A program made the translations under genes and the position numbers. A model generated the notes under the pieces. It had not been told where the DNA came from. It worked only from the letters and a program-made list of their open reading frames with translations, and ran no database searches. From Lama guanicoe (taxonomy: Eukaryota): a stretch of DNA of 64,000 nt. Positions 26,830 to 38,786 of the stretch are shown here, in pieces (within the stretch, counting starts at the first letter, position 1; each line of letters opens with the position of its first letter). Where the stretch lies: assembly GCA_013239625.1 (NCBI GenBank), contig MU056816.1, positions 2,362,773 to 2,426,772 of the forward strand, given 5' to 3'.

Positions 26830-27560
26830 GCCCGTGAGCCTTGTCTTTCCAGCATCGCTCTTCGCCTGCTTTGGGACCAGCCCCAACCGAGAACAGAGGC
26901 TCCTGGCAGCAGCAGCAGGACATAAGGCACAGAAGCTGGCGGCGCAAGAGGCAGCCCGCGACCCGCCGAGGGCACAGCCTACGTCGTCTCCCCCTGGGGC
27001 CAAGGTGGGCTGCGAACCGAGAAGCGTGGGGGCCTCTCTCCCGGCTCCCCAGCCCCTAAGAAGGTCCCCACCATTCCCACTTCCTCCTGCGCCCCATCCT
27101 GGGACCCTTCTGATAGTCAAGACCCGCTTCCACCTCAAGGAGTTCTGAGTGGCTCTGCCGCGCGGCAGGGCTGAAGAAGACGTTGGGGACAACAGTTACC
27201 CCGAGGCCCTCGGGGGCGGGTGAGGAGGGGGCTGCCCTCAACGCCCCGCCCCTACCCACCTCCAACGGCTCCTCGCTCTGCCCCGGGCTCCCCAGGGCTT
27301 CGGGGTGGGGGTGGGGTGGAGGGAAGTCGGCGACGCCACGCCCCGCTCCCTGTCTGGCCTCGCCCCCTGTCTGGCCTGGCCCCTCGCCCACCTCCACTGG
27401 CTCGTCCCACTTAGGGGTCACTCGCTCTGAGATTCCCCGGGAGTGGGAGTAGGCGGACATCTGCCTCTCTCGACTCCTGCGCCAGGGTGGTGGTGGTAGT
27501 GGTGGTGGTGGTGGTGAGGACCAACTTAGAGGGTTTCCCGAGACATCCCTGATTTCAAAT
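26830..27560. promoter_or_regulatory. CpG-island-like region with GC boxes (candidate promoter/enhancer)
   Basis: Highest CpG density in the window by eye; GGGGCGGG at 27213-27220, CCCCGCCCC at 27244-27252, GCCACGCCCC at 27335-27344, G-quadruplex motif at 27302-27323. Confidence 0.6.
27486..27516 (+). repeat. (GGT)n microsatellite
   Basis: ggtggtggtggtagtggtggtggtggtggtg, one interruption. Confidence 0.9.
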
Positions 27561-28583
27561 ATCCTGTCCCGTTGTCAGACGAAGCTGTCCTCTCAGCTCT
27601 TTGGAGAATGGCGCGTTTCATGCACTTTCTAAAGGGCCTCAGGTGGAGCTGAATAGGAGTGAGTGAGGATCACTGTGGTAGGTTCCAGCTAGTCCACCGA
27701 ATTTGTCCCTGTGGTCAGAAACGTCTTTGCAAGGAGCCTATAGACTTTGCCTTCCCAAGAGTTTGGGCTTGAGAAAAATGGATGGTGCCAAGGCCAGGGC
27801 CTCTGAGTAGGTGAGAGGTGGGAGCAGAGTCTACCCAAGACCTGCTTAACTTTTGCCTCACCTAATGTGACAGAAAGCCCTACCCAGAAGTTTGAGGCAT
27901 CTTCCAGTCTCACTTCTCCCTGAACCTTCCCGTCCCTCCCCAACCACCTTAAAGTCAAAGGATCTCCTTAGCTCCCTCAAGCAAAATGCAGGCCTCAGGG
28001 TTTCTCCACCAGCACCCTTCTCACCCCAGGCAGTGGGCAGGCTGTGTTTCCCCTCCATATTCTGTTCCAGAGTCTAGGAGAGTCCCCCGTCCCTCCACTG
28101 CTGGGGGCAGCTCCCTCCCACTCCACCCTTCTTCCTTACTTAGACCCAACTCCAGCTAAGGAGGTAAAGCAATGAGGTGCAAAGAGAGGAGGTGAAAAGT
28201 CATTTCCTTTTAGCCTAATCGATTTTAGTAGGAACCTGGGGGGAAATGGAATTGAATGAGCTGGAAGTGGTTACAACCAATCTCTGCCGCACTTCCCACC
28301 TCACCTCCCCCTATCATTACTTTTAAATACCTGAAGACCTTTTACAAAATGTAAAGTGAGTTGGCTAGTCCTTGAGGCAAACAAAAGGTGGCTCTGAAAT
28401 TATACCATTTGTGTTAGTGTAAATCCATTAAAATAGAAGGGTTATAACCATCACCATCCACATTTTCATTGATGACTCCAATCCATCTACTCACAGTGAC
28501 CTCCTCCCTACCCTCCCACGCAGTCCATCTACGACAATTATTACTCTCACAGAGTCATGGTAAATTGCCAGGGAATATATCCC

Positions 28584-28643
28584 AAAGGAAGGAAAGGAAG
28601 GGAGGGAGGGAGGGAGGAAGGAAGGAAGGAAAGGAGAGAGAAA
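28584..28643 (+). repeat. Polypurine (GGAA/GGGA)n tract
   Basis: aaaggaaggaaaggaagggagggagggagggaggaaggaaggaaggaaaggagagagaaa. Confidence 0.9.
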
Positions 28644-28936
28644 TCTGTTTTTAATTAGAGCTTAGATTTTTAAAGTAGCAAAAGTTAGAGGCACTTACCT
28701 TTAAAATGCAGATGTGTGTTGTGATGGTCTGAAGTGGGGAGATGCTAAGAGATATAAAGAAAAGGCAGAGAAGTTTCTTCAGGGGGCCTGTGACAATTAG
28801 GTTAAGGTGGGCCATCCACATCAGAAGCCAGAGGGGCAGAGGAGGTCTCAGACTAGAAGGAAGTGCAGGTTGTCTCAGGTGGAAGTGGTGGTGACAGCAG
28901 GTGCATCTAGAAGGAGCTCCCAGCTGTGCTCTGCCA

Positions 28937-28977
<41 letters not shown>
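28937..28977 (+). repeat. (TG)n microsatellite
   Basis: About 20 units with one CG interruption. Confidence 0.95.
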
Positions 28978-28980
<3 letters not shown>

Positions 28981-30874
28981 CCAAGCTGCAGTGGGGAGTT
29001 AGGGTGGGGTTTGAGAAGAGAAATTCACAGCCTTACAGATTCTTTTCTCAGAAGAGCACATTTCAGATCACCTGAAGACAGGCTCTTGACTCTGTCATGT
29101 CACTTCCCAAAAGGGGATGTCTTTGGAAACCTTGGTTATTATAGAAAAGGGACTGGCACCTTGTGAGAGGCTTAACCGAGCATCGGATCACCAGGCTTGG
29201 GGAGCAGTGATGGTGATACCCTAACAGGAGGACTGCAGAGTGCAGGGAGCACCTACAGTTCACCATGATTTCCCACCAAACCCCTCTGCCAGCTTCCTTG
29301 AGGGACAAGGTCAGGAAAGCCTGTGGGGAGGGGCAGCTTTGTTTTTGGCTGGTATACCCTTGGCATTAAAAGCAGAGGGCAGAACTTCAGTGATGCTCCC
29401 AGAAGGGAATCAGAATCTATAAACTAGGAGACCAGAACTTTTGGAATCTTTGAAGAGCCTGTATCTTGTCACTTCTGAATGTTTCTATTTTGGTCAACTC
29501 CTTTATTTCTCTGTAGTTAAACCCTTAACACTGCAAAGAAGTGGGGAGCAGGAAGATCATCCTTCTAACAGCTAGTCATGAGTGGAGCCAGATGCCTCTC
29601 AAAGAAAACAGGCAAGACTGAACTCTGGGGGCTCGCTGTATAAAGAAGTATGTAGGCAGAAATGGGGTGTCTGTCCCTGTGGATCTCACTGGCGGCCAGC
29701 CGCATGTCACAACGGAGAAACAGATGATTTTGCATTGGGGTCTGGGCACCAGGAGGGACAAGGGAAAGACTGAGTATATCTGAGCAAGTGAGAAGCAGTC
29801 GTGATAGAGCGTGGTTTAATCTCTCTCTTCTCTGATTTGTCACATGAATTTATACACAGTCTGACTGACACCCCAGCTCCACTGTTCATCCCTTGGGAGC
29901 TGGGACTTGGCCTTATTTTCCACTCCTGGTAGCCCATAGTTTGGGGCCTGCCACTCTAAGTTAAATTTTCTTTAAAACATTTACTTTGTCTTCAATGGTA
30001 TATTTGCAAGCTCATTCTTCTAGATCTCAGTTTATTCTTTTTTCCAGTTATTTTAAAGGAATATGCTCAGACCGCTGGTGGCTAAAGGAATTGATCTCAC
30101 TGCCCTTGAAACTTCCTTCCAGAATTCTCAGGAAATGGAGATGGTGGGCTTATGAGCTATTTCATTTTATTTAGAATTAGCTTTGTCTAAATAAGATGTG
30201 TATACATACTCTGAGGTGGGGGGCAGGGCTCTACATATGAAAAGTGGTATTATCATTTTCCAGAAAATTCTTGGATTATAATAGATTATTCGCTGCCCAA
30301 CCCAGAAGGGCTCAGTCACAGCAGGCAGCTGGAAAGGGAGGTCCAAACTGCAGAAACAGTTTTACCAGAAGTTTACGACTGAGCCCATAGCATGGCAACA
30401 GGAAACTCACCTCCTGAGCTGGGACTGAGCTGGGCAAGGCTTTACCAAGGCAGACGACTTCCAAAATGTAACCCCTGTCTCTCTCCCAGCCTCCACCCCA
30501 CCCCAGGTACTCTGGCTGTCTAGAAGTGGCATGCCATCTGAGCAGACCCCAGACTCAACCAGCATTGGAATCCCTTGAGTCTGGTTTCTCGTTAATGATT
30601 CAGGTTGACCTTTTCCAGCCATAGCTTGCCATTAAGAACAGTACTTCCTAATTTAAGCTCAAAGTAGAGTTCTTAAGGGGTTTAAACAAAGAGGGTCCTG
30701 TACTCATAGCTTGATAAATTGTAAAATGTCTTCCCAACATCTTCCTATCTCACTCCTCCCCTCTCCTTCCTACCATTGCACCGTCTGGCACATAAACCTT
30801 TCAAAGAAAAAATAATTTTAAAAACAAAGAAGAAAATGAAAAAGCATATTCTTGCTAAGGTCTTCTAATGTTAA

Positions 30875-30899
30875 ACACACACACACACACACACACACA
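30875..30899 (+). repeat. (AC)n microsatellite
   Basis: About 12 units. Confidence 0.95.
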
Positions 30900-32039
30900 A
30901 TTATACAGGGGAGATGGAATCATAAGGGCGCATACATTGACGTGTGATTTGTGGCCTACCCCTGGAGTGGCAATACGGATTCATTTGAATAGACTTTAAA
31001 CGTTGCCCTGAACATTGTTCTGGTGTTGGACAGGTGAGTGGAGTAGAGGGCTTTCTCTAGCCCTGTGGCTCACCCTGGAAACTGTACTTGTTCTTTTATT
31101 TTTGGAAGTTACTTTTTATAAACAAAATTCAGACAGCCCAGTCTCCACATTTATCAGTTTATCAACAAGGTTGAGTGCAAATTGTACCAAAATTTCCACC
31201 ATCCAGGGCTCACTCTGAGCTACCTGAGACGCAGCCCAGCCAGGAAGAGCCTGTCTCCTCTTCCCTGGGCCTGATACCCCTCCTCCCTCCTCTCCTCTCG
31301 GAGCTGGACATGGAGTGAAGCACAGAGCCTGCCTGATACAGAGAAGGAAACTGAGGCACAGAGAAGGATTGCCCTCACCCAGTCCTGCCTCTCCTCTACA
31401 CTTTTCCCTTTTGCCTTCACTCCCTGTACTTGCCTCTCTCTGGTGCCGTGTCCTGTATTACTCTTTTTGGAATATTTTTGAGTAGGTGGCCTGTACTGTC
31501 TTTTTATGAGGCATGATAAAAGGCCTCTTTCCCTTCCTCCAGACCCTCCCCTCCCCGCCCACTGTGAGTTCTGCAGTGCTGGTCCCTGTCTGTGTCCTGC
31601 CACTTACCACAGACGCAGCCTCTGCTGCTTTATCTTTGACCACTTCCTCCCCATAAACTCATGGCCTGACAAAGTCACGTCATAGAAGTAGATCAGGAAA
31701 ATGGTCATCGACAATTGACCCTAAGAATTATATTGAACTGATCTGAAACTGATCTGATACTGATCTGAATAATGACAGGGGAGATGACTTTGCCGCTGTT
31801 TTGCTTTCCCTTTAATCAGGATACAAAAAAAACTCAGTAAAGACATTATATCAAAGGCTCAAGAATATCATTCAGATCTTCCCTAATCCATTGCCTTCAT
31901 TTGAAAAGCCAGCATTTCATTAAAAACAGTACTGTTGTGCATGACACTTGACAGTACATTAATTTGTTGTGTGAATCTGTCACTTTGCATACGAATGCTT
32001 GGCTGTTCCGTGTGTACGCAGTACCCTCTCCCTAGTTAC

Positions 32040-32150
32040 AGCTTGGCAGCACTGGAAGGAACCCAGGAAGCCATCTGCTTTGTCCCCTTAACTTACAAAT
32101 GGGGAATCTGACACCCAGCGAGAGAAAGGGACTTGCCTAGAGCCACTAAC
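32040..32150 (-). mobile_element. MIR/MIR3 SINE fragment
   Basis: ttacaaatggggaatctgacacccagcgagagaaagggacttgcctagagccac. Confidence 0.7.
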
Positions 32151-34769
32151 CAGTAGTAGAATGGGGATTAACTACAAAGTCAAATGCAAAGTCGGAATCC
32201 TCCCCCACCTCACCCCACTCCCACCCCAGCTTCTCACAATGGTCGAACCACACGATGTTGACAATGGAAAGAATGGTGGAGGTCTTCCTAACACTCCTCA
32301 ACACACACGGAGGTTGGACCATCCACAGGGAGAGGAACGAATACACTGAAGGGTTTGTCATCTCCTGACAGTTGCCTGGATGAGAGGCCCAGGTCCCAGG
32401 AGGAGAGCCTCTCTTTTCCAGAAGCAGGCTTGACAAGCCCAAGCAAACTTGTGGAATCTGAGCGTGACTTCCCTCCAGCTCATCGAAGCTCATGGAAGTT
32501 GCTAAACGTGGAGGGAGGTGACAGGAAGCAGAGTGCTGGACATCCTCACATTCCAGTGATTCTTTCTTGAGGTGACTTGGAGACTGCCCAAGGGACCATC
32601 CCTGTGCAGCTTGGCAGAGGTGAGGAGGGCAGGAGGGCAAAGACCAGAGCTGAGAACTCAGGGTCTGGAGTCTAGTGCTGGTTCTACTGCGAATCCATCC
32701 TGTGACATCACTTCAGAGGAGGCCCCTGTCAGAGACCCCGTTGACTCTCCTTGCCCATCTCCAAGTACCCTGGAAAGCTCCAATGAGGTAATGGATGTGA
32801 TGGGCCTTTGTGAATCTCCAAGCCCTTGAGTTGTGAGGTGCTAATAACTATCACTGGCTGAGCAAAGCGGTTACCAACAGGCAGGTCCCAGCCACCATCA
32901 GTCCTGAGGCCATTTGTGGTCAGTCCCCAGGCCTGTTGCTGTCGCCGTATCCCTGCCACATTGTGTACTTCCCCCCAAGGCAAGCCTGAAACTTAGGGAA
33001 AGTAAATACAACTCCACATCAGGCCAAGATGGAGAATCTGAGAGTCTCTGATCTAGAATATCCTCCCAAGATCCACCCCCAACAAGCATCCCATTATTAC
33101 TCATCTTTTTCCCCATGATCCCACAGAGGAGGGAGGAGGCCATAGGCTCAAAGCCCTGCTCTCCACCCTACTAATCTACCTTAAGCTCAGTTGTCTTGAT
33201 CCCCACTCATTCTCAAGAATGGGTGTCTGCAAGGAGGCCCAGCATCCTCAGCGAGGGGCTGTCAGCTCTGATTGAGGCTGCTCAGCCCAACAGCTCCAGA
33301 GGCTGGTCCCAGAGTTCCTGAAGACCCTCTGGGAACCAGGCTTAGCAGCAGCTGCCCTAAGTGCACTTGTGGCACAGAGGCACGGTGTGCTCAGCTTGGG
33401 GAGTTCCCAGTCCCATTGTCTGTCCTCATGGAGCTTACAGTCTGGTAAGGGGCACTGTTTTGGAGTTTTAAATCAAGTTTGGAGGCAAACTTCAGTCCAG
33501 CTGGATCTCAGTCACGGCAGGTTCCTAATTAGTGGGTCTTGAATTAGCACGGCTTTCTCACTGCATCGACATTGCAGGTGAGCTGCTTGCTGGATGGAGC
33601 TCAGCTGTTTCCCAGACAGGGCTGGCTGCCTCTTTTCTTCCCAGAGCCCACTTAGCCCCCTGCCCCCGTTCCCCTCAACCTCCTTCTGTTTATGTTCGGC
33701 TTGACATTTCTATTGATGTATTGATCCCAGCGAGCCGAGAAGCGTTTCTGCTGAACATGTTCACTTCTCAGTCTGGGGGCCTTGAGGGGCAGGCTCTGTC
33801 TGGTGGGGGAGCCTGGGACAGCGACCTCATGTCTGGGGCGAGGGTGGGGAGGGGACTCGAATTGGGTTGGAGATTTTGGTAGGAAGCAGAGGAATGACTA
33901 TTTGGAGGGACAAAGGTGGGCAAAGCAGCTTCCTTTGATCATCGGAGTATGGCTGCCCTTAGGGGAAAGGGGACTCGGTGTGGCACTAAGACCCAGATGA
34001 ACCTGGTGTCTTTCTACCCCACCCTGGAACTGAGCCAACAGGCATCAATCTCCTCATCTGCATAGGGAAGCTTTTTCCCTCCTTGCTCATCAACCATCGT
34101 GAAGAGGAGGCTTAGCGTAATATGCTTTTAAACTTGTAAAATGCCAAGGGAATAACTGTAAGCTAGGATTCCTTGTTGCCACCACCTGAGGACCGGTGAG
34201 GTATATAGCCAAGCATGGCTCTGAGAGCCCAGTTCTCTCCTCAGCACTCAGCCAGGTCGGCAGCTCACATGTTCATAAAGTAGGTCCTTCAGGTGTCCAG
34301 ACAAGATGCGCTGCCTCCATTCCACAGTTCACAAGGCAGCTCTATAACTGTTCCCTCCTAACTGGCAAAGGTGGCCTCCCATCCTCCATCCCATGGAATT
34401 TAGAGTCATTCTGGCAAATCTCTCATTCTTGCACCAACCCCAAATAGGCATTGAACCAAAGGCAACATTCAGGCTGAGGGCAGATCAAAGAAAAAGGAGC
34501 TGCTTCTTGGTCTTTACGTGTCTTTGTTCCCTTGCTTTATCCAGCTCTAGACCCCTGCTCACATGGCCCGTCTTTCTACTGAAGGGGCCCTCGGCCGGCC
34601 TCGGGTGGGATGGTGTGAGACATTCCTTGGTCATGACGTGTTACATAGTGAGATGTTACATGAATTCTAGTGGCCAGGTACCTTCATGCACCCAGCCCAG
34701 CCAAACGCTAGCAGATGGCATGTCAAGAAATAAATGTTCTCATCTCAGGAGGGTGGGAAGGAGGCAGGG

Positions 34770-34900
34770 CCTGGGTCCTACTTCCAATTCTGCTATCACT
34801 GAGTGGGTGGGCGGTTCCTTATTGCATATAAGCCTTGGTTTCCTCCAGGGTTGGATTTCAGACCTTTCCCAGAGTCTCTTCTTTGGCTCTGACATCATAG
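34770..34900 (+). mobile_element. MIR3-like SINE fragment
   Basis: ctgggtcctacttccaattctgctatcact...agccttggtttcctc...ttctttggctctgacatcatagg. Confidence 0.6.
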
Positions 34901-36174
34901 GCTGTAAGAACACTGGGGATCCAGTCATCAACGCTAAAGTCAGCTCAATAAATAACCTTCTAGTCAGAATTATCTACAGAGGCCCCACCTCAGCCCCAAA
35001 GTGGGCAGGGTCTGAAAGAAACTTGAGTTTGCCTAGACTGCCCCTCCTCTCCACAGAACCCGGTGCTGGTGACTGTACACACCTGTGACTGAGAACTGGG
35101 TCAGCCACTGGATACTCATGATCACCATCTGCCTCCTTGTGGTCTCCCCACCCAGTCTCACAGACTGAGCTGGTTTCCCCTTTACACACTGGTATCCATC
35201 AGGCCCATCTTCCCACACTGCACCCCTCACCTCTTCTCCATGTGGAATGTCCTCAGGGTAACCTGATCCAGCCACCTGGGATGGCACTCCCCTACTTGAC
35301 ACTATTAGGAGCCCCAGTACCTGGGTGTTAATTTCTCTGAACACTAACTTCCTGGTGGGTTTAGTGTAAAACTGTTGAAGAAAACCAAAGGGCGGTGCAT
35401 CTGATCAGCAAGAGGGCAGGAAAGGGAGACATTCCATTCCTTATCCCCCTGCCTGCCCCCTACCCTGGCAGCCAGACCCCTGCTCCGCAGCCTCTCCTTC
35501 CCAGGCCTGGTCTAGCAACCCCTCTGGGCCTCTTACCCCCACCCCACTCCACACTCATAAGGGAAGCCCTTATTAGACATGAAGGATGTCACCACAGAGG
35601 TGAATAGGACTAAGATTTCTGCAGAAGACAGACCTGAAAACAATTAAACCTGAGAGCATGTGATACAATTTCTTAGGGAAACAGAGTGTTCTGTAGCCAA
35701 GGAAAGGCCGATGAGTTCCAGGTAGAGCACACAGAGAAGTGATGCTTGAACTGGGTCAAAGCAGTGAGTTGGGAATTGTGGGTCTATGGATTTGCTCAAC
35801 AAAGGTGGGGGTCTGTCTAGGAACCCTCAGCAGAAAGCCCTGGTGGAGACAGGAGCATCAGAGGAGGCTAGAGAGGGAGCACTCACTCTGGCCAGGGAGA
35901 CGGACGTGCCTGGTGGTAAGCATGGTGTGGTGTATGGCAGTGACCAGGCTGTGAACCCCAGTGTAAGTGATAATCAGATGGAGAGCGATCGATTTTGCCT
36001 GAGGAGGCCGGTGAGGCTTCACAAGAAACTTCATGGAGCTGGGCTCCAGCCCTATCATGGCCTGGCTGGAGGGGTCAGCGTGGGAGAGGAGCAGAGGGCA
36101 AGCAACCAATTTTGATATTTCGATGGCTGGGAGACTCTCCCTGCAGCCCCTTCTTCTTTCCCAGGTGCCCTGAT

Positions 36175-36188
36175 GTCGCCATAGCAAC
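36175..36188. promoter_or_regulatory. RFX X-box motif
   Basis: GTCGCCATAGCAAC fits the consensus GTNRCC-AT-RGYAAC at every position. Confidence 0.55.
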
Positions 36189-38752
36189 AACAATCCCCTG
36201 GGGTGTGCTGAGGGCCAGCAGTGTGGGCTGGGGAGGGGGACAGAGGTTCAGTGAGCTCAGGGTGGGAAACCACCCAAAAGGAGGTGCTGGCAGGCCTGAG
36301 AGAGACTGGATGTGAGAGGACAAACTGGCCCTGCGGTGGTGGGGCTGGGGCAGGGAGGGTGAAGGTGTGAGCTTCTAGTCAGGTGTGGGAGTTAGAAGAG
36401 ATAAACACCCACAAGAGTGAGCAAGAAATGGGCTTCCTCCCCTGCTCCGCATCCCCAGTCATATCACAATTACCATCCTTAAGAGCAGCAAGGAACGGAG
36501 TCCCAAGACCTCAGCCTGACCCCGCCTGGTGGAGGTTGAGCTGCACCTACAGAACAGAACAAGTCTTCCTTGCCTCTGCAGGGAGGGCAGAGCTCCAGAC
36601 CTTTCCTAACAGTCCCCAAATTGTTATTGACTGCCCTTCACCCAGGCTTCACCCTGGCCTTCCCAGCTCTCCCCCGACCCACTGGAGGGATCTGCAGCAA
36701 CCCCATGCAACAGAGTCTGGTCCTCTTAAGGTTCTTCTGAGGAATGACTCAGGACAGAAGAGGGGAAAGTGCTACCCGACCCATGTGGTTCAGAGCTGTG
36801 GCTGGGGTGCGGGCAGGGGAGGAGGCTTGTCCACTCCATGTCCATGACCTCTAGCCACATGGCCTTCCTCTCCACTGCAGGCCCTTCCTGGGGAGGACTA
36901 GACTGGGGGTATGGGGTCTGGTGACAGAAGCTGTATCCGCGGTTGAAAGTCACATAGGAGAGGGCCTTGCAGCCTGGGCCCCTGGGGCCAAGGTGGGATC
37001 AGCAGAAGAGCCCACCCTCCAGTTCACAGACCCAGGTCCTGCTTGGTTTCTGTTTGCCCTTCTCAGCCTCCCAGCTTTGCATTTGAGGAGTTTTTTTTCT
37101 CTGATGGGCAAAAAGCCAGGTGGGTTGCTTCTATCTCATCAAGACGTGTATTTTCAGGTCAGTGTTTCCTTCAGTGTTTCCTTATTCAGCAAAAGTCTCA
37201 AGAAGTCATGTCATGGTGCACATGGGGCTGGAGTTCATTCATCCCTCCACTCCCCGCCTGACTGTTGCACCCCCACACTCCCGCGGCTCCTCACCCAGCC
37301 CAGCCCCACCCTAGCAACAGGAACCTTGTACCTAGGGGTTATCTTTTCATTCTCCTACTGGAGCCCTGTCAGTAATTCTGAGAGCTCCTCCCTGAATCTC
37401 AGCTCGGTTGAATGATCCCCTCACCTGTCCGCAAATGATCGTTCTGCCTTAGGAACTGCTCAGGTTCTGACATCTGGGTCCAGGTTTTGATAAGGTTCAT
37501 CTACCTCCTGCTTCCATCTCTTTAAGCTTTCCTTGTCAAGGTCTTCCGTGAAGCTAACGGAACTTGCAGGGGAAGGTTGACCAGGGTAGGGGGTTACCCA
37601 GAGGTATACTGAAACAGTAAGGAACAGAGTGGGGTGGGAACTGGAGGCCACCCCACCCAGGGCAGGCGGAAGTCCCCTCTCACCCCAGGACTGCTGCTGG
37701 CCCCTGGTTCCTCCTCCTCCATCAGTTCCCTCTGTCTCAGCTGTCCGTGACCCCATGCCACCTCTTCCTTCCAATGATTCTTTTCAACTTCAACTCCCAT
37801 TGCTAATCACCTCCTGCTCTAAGCACTTCCCAGTTCAACCTTCTGAGAAGCAGAACCCCTTTACCCTGTGTTCTCTCTTCACCCCTGGCCACATCTCAAG
37901 TTGACTTGCCTCCAGAGGCTGCCCTTAGATCAGCTGGGACTGGGCACCATGAACAAAACTATGGCGCTCTCTCTAGGGCAGAGCAGTTGTCTTTAGAAGG
38001 AACCACGCATGAGCACGGCTACTCGGTGACTGGCAGGTTTATTAAATTTTCATTGATTTGACAGACACTTGAGCACTTATGACAGGCCACGAACTGTTCT
38101 AGGCTTGGGTATACCACGAGGTCAGGGGGCCCCGCCCAGCCTCTACCTTTCTGTCCCTGGCCCCAGCCCCTTGGAGTCTGGCAGACTCTTCTCTAAGAAA
38201 GAGGAGATGGAGGTGTCTGCAGAATACAGAGTTGATTGGTGAACCTAGCAAAGCCCAGAGAACTCATCCCGTCCCTGCTGCTCGATGCAGACAAGGAAAT
38301 GGATGTACATGGAAGGGGCACAGGCAAGGGCTCCAGGTGTGATGTTGGGCATGGCCTCTCTCTGTCTTCATTTCAGGGACATCTTCATCAGGTTCCTCCT
38401 TCAACTTGGAGGGAGAAAGGGAAGCCCTGATCTCCTGATTCTGCAATTCTTCTGCTCTTGCATCTTTTCCTTTCCTCCCATGCCCACTCCCCAGGCCTCC
38501 CAAGACAGCACTCAGCCTCCACTAACGCTGGTGAGTGTGAAACGGGGGGCTCTGGAGAACCAGGGGCCCTGGGACACCCCTCCTCTGCTGGCTGGGGAGC
38601 CCAGAGCCAGCCCTGGTTTCCCTGAGAAGCCAGCTAGGCCACCTCTGTGAAGATTCAGACTCCTTCGCTGTCAGCCCCAGGGGGCCTCTTTTGTCACCAC
38701 GTGTTGATAAGTGAGTTTTAAACTCTGAAGGAGGTTCGCTAAAACAGGACAC

Positions 38753-38754
<2 letters not shown>

Positions 38755-38784
<30 letters not shown>
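38755..38784 (+). repeat. (AC)15 microsatellite
   Basis: Read directly from the sequence. Confidence 0.95.

Positions 38785-38786
<2 letters not shown>

Noticed and set aside
29641-29654. taaagaagtatgta matches the 3' part of mature miR-1
   Set aside because: The seed (TGGAATG) and a complementary hairpin arm are absent; coincidence.
34393-35088. Longest ORF in the track (231 aa)
   Set aside because: Runs through a MIR3-like fragment, has no recognisable domain and no exon-like boundaries; treated as a chance ORF.
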